Below, one piece after another: positions 53,565 to 64,000 of a stretch of DNA of 64,000 nt. The position numbers and the translations under genes are program-made. The notes beneath the pieces were generated by a model, which saw only the letters and a program-made list of their open reading frames with translations, ran no database searches and had not been told where the DNA came from. The stretch is from a bacterium (GTDB lineage: Bacteria; Patescibacteriota; Minisyncoccia; Phycocordibacterales; UBA9973). Location of the stretch: contig JBBCGN010000001.1 in NCBI GenBank assembly GCA_037200905.1, forward strand, positions 180,795 through 244,794, written 5' to 3'. The stretch's first letter is position 1. Each line of letters starts with the position of its first letter.

Positions 53565-54734
53565 TCAGATCTTCAAGCCGGAATGCTTCTTGACCGTGTA
53601 CATGCGGCGCTTGAAGATGAAGGAGATCAGCGAGTTGATGATCCACGTCACGGCCAGGAGGCCGACGAAATACCCGAGTCCGAATCTCGTGATCGGAGGG
53701 AAGCCGTCTTTGCCGAGATAGGCCACCAGCCCGGATATGACTCCCACCGTGGTGACGAGCTGTAGCGACGAGATGCTGGTCTTCGTGCTTTCCGCCTGCA
53801 GGGCCGTGAGCATGTCCAGGGCCGATTGCAGATAATTCTTGGTCATCGACCACAGGTGCTTGATGTATTCGTGGGTATCGAGGAGGTCTTCGAAACGGAG
53901 CGAAGTGGTGAGGACCAGGTTCTCGTCCCCCTCTATCACCGTCAGCTTCTGGCGCGTCTTGACGTAGGCAGGCATCTGATTGATGCGGGCCTCGATGAGA
54001 TTGACGCTCTTCTGATATCCCTGCAGTTCCGTCCGGATGGGCTCGATATCTGTTCCCTTTATCTCGTCGGATTCGAGGACGGTCTTTATCTTCTCCCACA
54101 GGGTGCGATGTATGGACAGGTAGCGCTCGAGCTGGACCTTGAACTCCCGGAAAAATATGTGGGTCTCGACGATCATGGCTGTCTGGACATCATTGACCGG
54201 ATCATGGAGCACCATCGTCGAAGATCCCTTGAATATCGAAGTCTGCTTTCCCTTCATCGCGCTGTGAAGCCGCTCGGTGCCCGGCGCGAAGAAAGCTTTT
54301 TCTATGTCGTCATCGCTCCCGCCCGACACGACGAACATGTACGGCAGGACCGTAGGGATATTGGCCAGCTCTTTCGGGATCGGGGCGCCCTTGCTGAACA
54401 AGTACGTCACGCACGTGGACAAGCAATTCTCATAATACCGCCTCAGGGATTCCTTCGCTTTCTCCGTATCGGATACGTCGCTCGTTTCTATGACCATCAA
54501 GCCGTCTTCGTATATCGTTCCTGAAATGCCTTTCGCGGTCTTGAATCTTATGCATTCGAATCCCGAGGTGATGCGCTCGGCCGTTTCGAGATCGAGCTGT
54601 TTGCGGAGAGACAGCAGATCCCCAGCCGCGAAGAACGTCTCAGGCCCTTCCATATCGAAAAGCCTCCAGAGTTCGGACAGGTGCAGCGTCGTGCGTTGGA
54701 ACCAGGTACCGATGTAGAGTTTTTCTATATGCAT
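53565..54734 (-). CDS. hypothetical membrane protein (soluble N-domain plus two C-terminal TM helices, CorA-like topology without GMN)
   Basis: 389 aa. The C-terminus LQLVTTVGVISGLVAYLG...GLGYFVGLLAVTWIINSLISFIF forms two TM helices. No catalytic motif recognised. Confidence 0.55.
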   Translation of the reverse strand: MHIEKLYIGTWFQRTTLHLSELWRLFDMEGPETFFAAGDLLSLRKQLDLETAERITSGFECIRFKTAKGISGTIYEDGLMVIETSDVSDTEKAKESLRRYYENCLSTCVTYLFSKGAPIPKELANIPTVLPYMFVVSGGSDDDIEKAFFAPGTERLHSAMKGKQTSIFKGSSTMVLHDPVNDVQTAMIVETHIFFREFKVQLERYLSIHRTLWEKIKTVLESDEIKGTDIEPIRTELQGYQKSVNLIEARINQMPAYVKTRQKLTVIEGDENLVLTTSLRFEDLLDTHEYIKHLWSMTKNYLQSALDMLTALQAESTKTSISSLQLVTTVGVISGLVAYLGKDGFPPITRFGLGYFVGLLAVTWIINSLISFIFKRRMYTVKKHSGLKI

Positions 54735-54744
54735 GTGGTTCTTA

Positions 54745-56843
<2,099 letters not shown>

Positions 56844-56846
56844 TCA

Positions 56847-56875
56847 AGTATAGCAGATTTTACCTGACTTGCCAA
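56847..56875 (-). promoter_or_regulatory. gyrB promoter (near-leaderless arrangement)
   Basis: On the minus strand, TTGGCA (56875-56870), 17-nt spacer ending TCTGC, TATACT (56852-56847). Only 9 nt separate the -10 from the ATG at 56837. Confidence 0.55.
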
Positions 56876-56944
56876 CCGTCTTTCTCCTTGATTTTGTTGG
56901 TTAAAGTAGTTCTTATTATTTCTTTTTGATAGTCAAAACAGAGT

Positions 56945-57659
56945 TTAAAAGACATCATTTTTATATCCTGTCACGAGGATATCTCTCGGCACAAACGAAT
57001 ATTCAGCTCCGTGGCTTTTAGCAAACTCATGGACAGTCTCTTCCCAGGTTTTTCTTGATTCATCAAGATGCGCGTAGAAATTCGCTATGGCAGGTTCTTG
57101 GATAGGATAAATTCGTATTTCGCCTTTCTCTTTGAGAGCAGCAAGTGCATTTTCCAAGATGGCTTCAATGTTCATAATTTTTTCGGTACCTGAAATCCCA
57201 AGCGACACAGCGCCGACAGAGACAACATAATCCACATCATGCACTGGTAAGGGCTTTTCAAAATCACCTTGAAAAAAGTGACCTTCGGCAGCGTTGTCGG
57301 CTTCAACTTCGCGAGACCCTTCATCAACACCGTATGCTTCTTGAGTGGTTCCTTTTTCAATAAGCCCTTTCACAAACTCACCCTCGCCATAACCGAGGTC
57401 AAGAACTTTCTTATTCTTCAATGTCTGTTCATCAAGCCCGAGCCCGTTAAGATATCGTTTTAATGTATTCTCAATCTCTTCTTCTCTAGTGGGTTCTGTT
57501 TCATCATTCTCTAGGGATTTATTTTCGGCAATCTTTTTTTTCTACTAATTGCTTAAATCTATCGTCCCATTTTTCTTTTGGAAGTTTGATTTGCTGAAGC
57601 AGGAAATCTGAATCTAAAATATTTTTTTCTTGATTTGAGCGATTTTCAAAATTTTCCAT
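56945..57659 (-). CDS. SAM-dependent methyltransferase, frameshift in an A8/T8 run
   Basis: Motif I VLDLGYGEGEF in ORF 56945..57421. The same frame continues upstream (EEEIENTLKRYLNGLGLDEQT). The ATG at 57659 (MENFENRSNQEKNILDSDFLLQQIKLPKEKWDDRFKQLVEKK) is out of frame by one at the T8 run 57534-57541. About 38-40% GC. Confidence 0.65.
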
Positions 57660-57663
57660 ACAT

Positions 57664-59481
57664 TTATCGCACTTGCCAATTATCCTTAGTTTTTAACTTA
57701 TTTGCAATTGCAGTCATAATTTCATTAATTTCTGCATCGGTCAGGGTACGGCCAAAAGCCTGAAAAACGATCTTGAAAGCATAGGAGACTTTTCCGTCCT
57801 TTTCGAACTCGTCGAAAATGGTCGGGCCTTTTACTGCAAGAGCGCCCATTTCATCCCGAATGACGTTCTCTACCTCCTCTGCCGAGACATCCTCTGGCAC
57901 CCATACGGCGATATCGCGGGCGATAAATGGGAACAATGACCACATTTTAAATGGAGCCAAGCCTGCATGCTCTGGCGAATGGTCTGGCCGAGCCGAAGGC
58001 GAAGGAGAACCGAGGACCTGAGCAAGAGCATCAGGCGAGGCGGACTTAGAAAATTCATCCAAGCTGACTTCTATAATCTTGTCTTTCTCATTGTATGCCA
58101 CCCGCACTTCCTGCTTGTCTTTCAGGAATATGTTTCCGATCTCGAAAATTTTTATTTCTCTCGCGTCGAGAAGCGCCGCATTGATCCTGTTCAGCTTCAG
58201 GCTTTCTTTCAATCCGTCAGTCAGATTCGTACGCATGAATTTCTTGTCCGAAGCGCTCTCGAGCACCTCCACTTCCCCTTTGGCCGCAAAGGCAATGTCA
58301 TGACTTCGGAATATCCTTCAGCAAGCAGCTTACTGCGAGCCCAAGCGATCTTGGCATGCGTTTCATTCACTTTCGGCTTAAAGTCGATTTGCGGAATCTT
58401 CGGCACGAGCTTGTCATAGCCCATGATGCGGCCGATTTCTTCGGCCATGTCTTCCTCGATGACGAGGTCGAGGCGCATCGGCGGCACGGTGATAGTAAAA
58501 GTGCCCATATCGCTCGTATGCTCGATATGATAGCTGTCGAGGATATCCGCGATCTCTTTTGCAGAAACATCGGTACCGAGAATATTGGAGATCTTTTCTT
58601 GGCGGAACGACAGGGTCTTTGCCTCCTGCTTGTTCGGATATATGTCTACGATATCCTCGAAATCCGTGGCGCCGTTCTCTGCCATGAGCGCGCTCATCTC
58701 AAGCATGGAAAAATCACCGAGCGTCGGCGACAGATCATTCTCAAAACGCTTGAGGGCATCGGTAAAGATGTGCGCCGTCTTGCCGGTCTTGCGCACGCTC
58801 GCTGGATCAAAATTCGCAACTTCAATAATGATATTCTTTGTGTTCTCATCCACTTCCGCAATCTTACCGCCCTTTACGCCAGCAATGCTGAGCACATTCT
58901 TTTCATCAGCGATAACTAAATCAACTGGTCGCAATTTTACTTGTTTGTTATCAAGCGTGGTAATCTCTTCGCCTTCGCGGGCCATGCGTATGACGAGCGC
59001 GCCGCTGACCTTGTCGAGATCGAAAGCATGAATAGGCTGGCCGCAGTCGTACATAGTGATGTTTGCGCCGTCGACGACATTGTTGATGCTTCTCTGTCCG
59101 ATTGATTCCAAATGTTTCCTTCACCCAGTCAGGACTTGGCCCGACTTTCACATTGCGCACGATGCGGCCCATGTAACGGCGGCATTTGTCTGATTCCACT
59201 TTGATTTCGAGAGCAGTCGGTCTTGATTCGGGCACTTTATACTTCGGCGTAGGGTCGACATAATCGATACCGAGCTGCGAAGCAACCTCGCGCGCGATAC
59301 CCTGATGGCTAAGCAAATCATGCGCGCGGTTCGGCAGGATGTTGATGTCGAAAATATGATCGTCGCCTTTCTTCTCCACATCTTCAACTTCAGCCAAATG
59401 ATACGTAAAAACATCAGCCAGTTTTTCCGGAGTCAGAACATCCGGTATATACCATTTCAGCCAGTTGTAAGAAATTTTCAT
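57664..59481 (-). CDS. pheT: phenylalanyl-tRNA synthetase beta subunit (short form), two frameshifts
   Basis: MKISYNWLKWYIP...PNRAHDLLSHQGIAREV...PDWVKE| then (AAA run 59110-59112) LESIGQRSINNVVDGANITMYDCGQPIHAFDLDK...AEGYSEVMTLP| then (near 58291) FAAKGEVEVLESASDKKFMRTNL...C-terminal ferredoxin-fold domain. Confidence 0.9.
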
Positions 59482-59482
59482 A

Positions 59483-60196
59483 TTAAAACTGATTAAGTCT
59501 CAAGTCACCCTGATAAAAAAACCGTACGTCGGGAATGTTCCATTTAATCATGGCAATGCGGTCGAGACCGCCGCCGAAAGCGAAGCCCTGGACTTTTTCC
59601 GGATCATAGCCGAGATTGCGCAAGACGTTCGGATGCAGCATGCCAGCGCCCATCATCTCGAGCCAGCGGCCCTTGAACTTGGCGTGGACTTCGATAGACG
59701 GCTCGGTAAACGGAAAGAAGCTCGGACGGAATTCTACTTCCACTTCGTCGCCAAGAATCTTCTTATAGAAATGCGACAGCACGCCCTTGAGGTCGGACAT
59801 GGAGATATTCTCCCCTATCATGCTGCCGTCGATCTGGAAGAACTGCATCTCGTGCGTGGCATCGGTAGCTTCGTTCCGGAAGACCTTGCCGATAGAGATA
59901 AAACCCGCAGGCGCTCGGCCTTCTATGCGAGCTTGTTCCAAGGCCCGAGCACTGACGTTCGTAGCATGGGTGCGCAGCACCTTGCCCGGCTCTCCCTTGA
60001 TCCAGAAGGTATCCTGCATGTCGCGAGCGGGATGATCTTTCGACACATTGAGCGCGTCGAAGTTGTACCATTCGGTCTCGAGCTCCGGGCCTTCGGCTAT
60101 CTCGAAACCGAGATCGGTAAAGACGCCATACGCTTCGCGGGCGAGCAATGACAACGGATGTTCAGTACCTGATTTTTTTTGTTCTTCCTTTTCCAT
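59483..60196 (-). CDS. pheS: phenylalanyl-tRNA synthetase alpha subunit (catalytic core only, 237 aa)
   Basis: HPARDMQDTFW, FRNEATDATHEMQFFQIDG, RPSFFPFTEPSIEV, GFAFGGGLDRIAMI. Confidence 0.9.
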   Translation of the reverse strand: MEKEEQKKSGTEHPLSLLAREAYGVFTDLGFEIAEGPELETEWYNFDALNVSKDHPARDMQDTFWIKGEPGKVLRTHATNVSARALEQARIEGRAPAGFISIGKVFRNEATDATHEMQFFQIDGSMIGENISMSDLKGVLSHFYKKILGDEVEVEFRPSFFPFTEPSIEVHAKFKGRWLEMMGAGMLHPNVLRNLGYDPEKVQGFAFGGGLDRIAMIKWNIPDVRFFYQGDLRLNQF

Positions 60197-60197
60197 A

Positions 60198-60431
60198 TTA
60201 TGCTCCGCGCAGCTTCAGGGTGCAGATATGCCTTTCGTTGCAGGAGAAGCTGAATTCGTTGCCGGCAGCCATGATGTATTTCTCCCCGGGAAAAATCTCT
60301 CGCGCGCTGCCGTAATAGCCGCGCATCTCGGCATCGCGCTTCTCATCCTTCAAATACGCGACAAAATCCCGGACCCGCGGATCGGAGTCGTCATAGGTGA
60401 CGCGGACATGGTGAATCGTGGCTTCGGTCAT
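60198..60431 (-). CDS. hypothetical small protein (77 aa)
   Basis: Packed 1 nt from pheS and 5 nt from the next ORF. The N-terminus TIHHVRVTYDDSDPRVRDFVAYLKD resembles that of 60437..60694. Confidence 0.5.
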   Translation of the reverse strand: MTEATIHHVRVTYDDSDPRVRDFVAYLKDEKRDAEMRGYYGSAREIFPGEKYIMAAGNEFSFSCNERHICTLKLRGA

Positions 60432-60436
60432 GATGA

Positions 60437-60694
60437 TTAATAACCCGTGCGTCGTCGCAATTCGTATTCGCCCGACCCGGTATGGACGAGAGTGAAATGA
60501 TGGCTGGCGCCATGATGCTCTCCGTCATGCGGAGTCTCGAAATGAGCGATACCCGCATCGCCATCTATCCGCTTGGCTTCGTGGAAATACGCCTGCGCGG
60601 CATCAGGATTTTTTTTAAGAAATTCAGCGGCCAGTTTCGCCGAATGATCATCCTCAACGTGCACTTTCATGCCATGTATGTCTATTGGTTGCAT
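60437..60694 (-). CDS. hypothetical small His-rich protein (85 aa)
   Basis: MQPIDIHGMKVHVEDDHSAKLAAEFLKKNPD...HFETPHDGEHHGASHHFTLVH. It is a weak paralogue of 60198..60431. Confidence 0.5.
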   Translation of the reverse strand: MQPIDIHGMKVHVEDDHSAKLAAEFLKKNPDAAQAYFHEAKRIDGDAGIAHFETPHDGEHHGASHHFTLVHTGSGEYELRRRTGY

Positions 60695-60731
60695 ATGATT
60701 TAATCATGTAAAATTTAAGTTGCTAATAGGC

Positions 60732-61672
60732 TTATTGTAGCAAATTCGCTTCGACGGGACTAATGCGGCGGCCATGGCGGGAAAGCACGCAGCCGCCGGG
60801 GCAAAATGACTTGCCGCCATTCTGTTCGAGGCATTTCTCGCAGTTCAGGAAGTGCCTGTGGCAGACGGGATTGTCACAATTAACGAAATGCTCCGTCTGC
60901 TCGCCGCAATTATCGCACTTGCCCACCACTTCGTGCTTGGCATCGTCGGTATAGAAGCCCATGGTCACCCGGCCGTCGAAGACATACAGCTTGCCCTTGA
61001 AATCTTCGTTCGGATAGCGTTCCATATAGCTCACGATGCCGCCGTCAAGCTGGTAGACATCGGTAAAGCCTTGGGTCATGAGAAATCCGGAAGCTTTTTC
61101 GCAACGCACGCCGCCGGTGCATACGGTCAGCACCGTCTTGTCTTTCAGATGCTTTATCTGCTCGACAACCTTCGGCAAGTCGCGGAAATTCTCTATCGGC
61201 GGCAGGATAGAACCTTCGAAGTGCCCGACCTTATGCTCGTAGATATTGCGCATATCGACGATATAGAATTCTTTCTTGTCGGCGAGCCACTGATGAAGTT
61301 CTTCAGGCTTGAGATGAATGCCGCTGACCTGATTCGGATCGATGTCGCATGTGCCCGATTGACCTAAGTGGAGCGACACGATTTCCGGTCGCACTTTGAC
61401 GGAGAGTTTTGGAAAGGCTGTACCGGTGCCTGCGCTTAGTTTGAAATGAATATTCGAAAATCGCTCATCCTTTTGCAATTCCTTGATATATGCCGCGATA
61501 TTCTCCCACGTACCCTCGTAGGTGGCATTGATGCCTTCGCTCGCGAGGATGCATCTGCCCGTGAGGCCGAGCCGCTCGCATGCCGCCTGCTCCCGCTCGC
61601 GTACGGCTTCGGCATCGGCAGATGGACGTATTTATAGAACAGCAGTATTTGATAGTTGTCTTTCCCTTCCAT
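60732..61672 (-). CDS. trhO: rhodanese-domain tRNA uridine(34) hydroxylase TrhO (YceA/UPF0176 family), one frameshift
   Basis: MEGKDNYQILLFYKYVHLP| then (near 61617) DAEAVREREQAACERLGLTGRCILASEGINATYEG...KLSVKVRPEIVSL...active-site loop LTVCTGGVRCEKAS...C-terminal Cys cluster CDNCGE...CDNPVCHRHFLNCEKC. Confidence 0.85.
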
Positions 61673-61714
61673 ATGTCCATACTAGCTAGAAAAGACCTAA
61701 AATTCAAGCTCCTC

Positions 61715-61723
61715 TGCTATAAT
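61715..61723 (+). promoter_or_regulatory. extended -10 element (TGcTATAAT)
   Basis: It lies within TCTGCTATAATAGATGAGT, which matches 4651-4669 at 18/19 positions. Confidence 0.35.
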
Positions 61724-61725
61724 AG

Positions 61726-61825
61726 ATGAGTGAAAAAATCATATTGGATTCTCATCATCTTAATCGTCTTTTTCCTCGCCGTAGGTTTCTACCTCGGCTG
61801 GCTCGACAACGGCCCGAGCTTCTAG
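61726..61825 (+). CDS. possible ~32-aa single-TM peptide
   Basis: The frame W-ILIILIVFFLAVGFYLGWLDNGPSF* is a clean TM helix. It is reached from the GTG at 61730, or from the ATG at 61726 if the A6 run is one base shorter. Speculative. Confidence 0.25.
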
Positions 61826-64000
61826 CTATGCCTTGAAGAGAGAACACCATTCGCAGTCTTTTTTATTGCAGCCCATGGTGAGAAATTTCATCGAAAGAAC
61901 TTCATCAGCGCAATTATCTATTTCTGCACAGAGCTTATCAAGATCTTCTTTTGTAGCTTCCATATCATGTTGCTCGAATACGCCCTTCTTATTTTTCTCG
62001 ATAAAATCGAGCGTACTATTACGTACAATAAAATCCTCTTTACCTGGATTCTCTAATAAAAGTTTATAAAATACCAGTTGGCGTTCATAATTTTCCTTTT
62101 CTTCTTTTGTTTTTTCGGAATACGCTCTACCTGTTTTATGATCGACAACATGAATATGTGGTGAAAATAAGTCATCGAGATACTCTATTTTATCCACCGT
62201 TCCAGAAAGACGCAAATTGTCTCCATTCGATAACTTGAAATCTCTTTCTGTAAATTTCTGCGCATCTACCTTTGCGGTCCATGACTTCGCGTATGCATCA
62301 TAGTACTCGCTCATGGCCTGTTCTCCCCTTTCGTGGAATTTTTCTTCTTCTTTTTCAGATACATTGTAATCAGATAAACTTTTCTCAAATTCCGCCATAA
62401 AAACTTCTTTCGAAAGAATTTTCTCTTCTTGCTTAGATTTCTTGAAAAAATTATTCAATGCTATATCAATAATATTTCCATATCGCTGTGCCGAGGAAGA
62501 AACATCAGGTAATTGAATCAAATTCCTATAAAGGAATTTGATTGGGCAGGATAGATAATTATTAAGTGCTGACACATTAAGACCTCTCTTGAAAAAGAGC
62601 TGGCGTAGATATTCGGGTTCAAAGAGCGAACTTTTACTTCGTGATGCATTTAAGAACTTAGATAAGTCACTTTCATGATTTTTTTCAAAGTCATGCATAT
62701 TTTTTAATATAGTGAATTCAGTATCAATCTCGCCGACAAATTGAGATTCTTCATGCTCACGACCATCATCATCTATATGAGCAAATGAAATAGTGAGTCC
62801 TGCTTTTGCTCGCGTCATTGCTACGTAAAAGAGCCGTCGTTCGTCTTCAAGGTCTCCGTCGTATTGATAGATAGGCAAAGTAATATTATTCGTTCCTCCC
62901 CTTCGTGCCTCCCATGCCTTACGAGTAGCATTAATAATATAGACATACGAAAATTCTCTTCCTTTTGATCCATGAGCTGTCATCAGTGAAACACCTTCAA
63001 TGATTTCGGGATCAGTACTCTTTATATCCAATTTATACTTTACAAAAGAATCAATAAAATAAACGAAATCAGAAAGAGTATAGTCTTTCTTAGTTTGGTC
63101 CTGTTTCTTTATCTCATTAAAAAGTTTATTCACCTTAGTGAGCTGAAGTCTGCTGTCATCCCCCTCGAGCATAAATGAAAGATACCCTGTTTTTTCCAGG
63201 AATATTTTAAAGAAATCGGGAAAATTATTATTTTCGGATTCTGTTTTTAATTCTTTTAATAATTTCTGCAAACCGGGAAAACTGTTCCCGGTGTTCGCAC
63301 TTCCATGTCTTTAAGCATTTTTTTGTCATTTATTATCGCAAACACATGCTTTTTTTCGGCCTTGCGCAGGGAACGATATTTTTCCAAAATTTTTACAATG
63401 TCATATGCATCAAGTTTGAGGAAGCGCGCAAACAAGACCTTTCCCAGACTTACATCATCATTAGGATTTGATATTACTTTCAGAAGAAAAATTAGGTTTT
63501 TTTATATGCGCATCTTCGAGAATATTATCCTGAGATAATATAGTATATGGGATATGCATGAAGTCAAAAATCGGCTTTATGTCTGCCACATTTTTATTGG
63601 CGCGGTATAGAACCGCAATTTCAGAAGGAGCAACTCCCTTCGCTAATTTTATTCTTTATCTCTTCAGCCAAAGAAAGTAATTCAAACTTGAAATTCGAAA
63701 ATTCCCCGCACTTCGATTTTTTCGTTCTTTTCATCACTATGTGATAATAAGCGAATGCTTTCAGCGTGTTCAACTGATACTCGCATCAGACTGTGTGCAC
63801 CATCGAGAATATTCTGAGTAGATCGATAATTATCCGCAAGCGTGATAGAAACTATATCTTGATACAACGAAACGAACCGCGAAAATGTTTCTTTAGTTGC
63901 GCCTTGAAATTTATATATCGACTGTTTCTCATCCCCCACCGTAAAGACATTTGGGTTTACCTTCGAGGTGAGGCGCATCACTCAACGATTCAATAATGGC
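61826..64000 (-). CDS. UvrD/PcrA-type superfamily-1 helicase fused to a C-terminal PD-(D/E)XK / Cas4-AddB-like Fe-S nuclease; 5' end outside the window; several frameshifts in 63272-63700
   Basis: Upstream piece (63682..63981): VGDEKQSIYKFQGA and ADNYRSTQNIL (SF1 motifs III/IV). Main ORF: VSLMTAHGSKGREFSYVYI and RRLFYVAMTRAK (motifs V/VI). Nuclease: YLSCPIKF...VDKIEY...HVVDHKTG...QLVFYKLLL...GCNKKDCEWC (the 4-Cys pattern of AddB/Cas4). About 35% GC. Confidence 0.85.

Overview
A 64-kb bacterial chromosomal fragment of roughly 70 genes, mostly around 55-62% GC with several 35-45% GC blocks. Gene content suggests a reduced-genome, Patescibacteria/CPR-like organism, but that is inference only. 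The supporting signs are minimal ThrRS, PheS and PheT, a short SMC, a NusB-Nudix fusion, a membrane-anchored Clp-type ATPase and a type IV pilus operon.

Main blocks:
- 1-4.3 kb: secreted vWA and PKD/peptidoglycan-binding surface proteins.
- 5.6-13.9 kb: a pilB-pilC operon with three pseudopilins, a PilX/vWA protein and a major pilin. Two of its putative pilus subunits are unusually large: a prepilin fused to an LVIVD beta-propeller, and a PilX_N protein with a vWA domain split by about 400 aa.
- 13.9-14.5 kb: an ORF-poor stretch with four stacked minus-strand terminators.
- 15.8-19.5 kb: cupredoxin, a second intact PilB-type ATPase, an ABC exporter and an untracked L34-like 45-aa ORF.
- 19.6-29.3 kb: pyrD-like, pyrC, mltG, purL, purN and purM.
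- 29.4-35.9 kb: an orphan-gene region bracketed by tRNA-Asn and tRNA-Ala. It includes a low-GC methyltransferase islet bounded by a repeat of the tRNA-Asn 3' end.
- 36-64 kb: housekeeping genes (clpC-like, trmD, KH protein, rpsP, rnr, an S11 carboxypeptidase-CapA fusion, smc, rnc, nusB-nudix, rpmF, thrS, gyrB, pheST, trhO) and a low-GC UvrD-type helicase-nuclease.

Many conserved and essential genes (gyrB, thrS, pheT, smc, rnc, pilB, pilC and others) are broken by 1-nt indels, mostly in short homopolymers. I annotate these as single genes and treat the breaks as probable assembly errors. pyrC carries one in-frame TGA.

I saw no CRISPR array, rRNA, transposase or integrase. All protein calls rest on motifs read by eye, with no database search.
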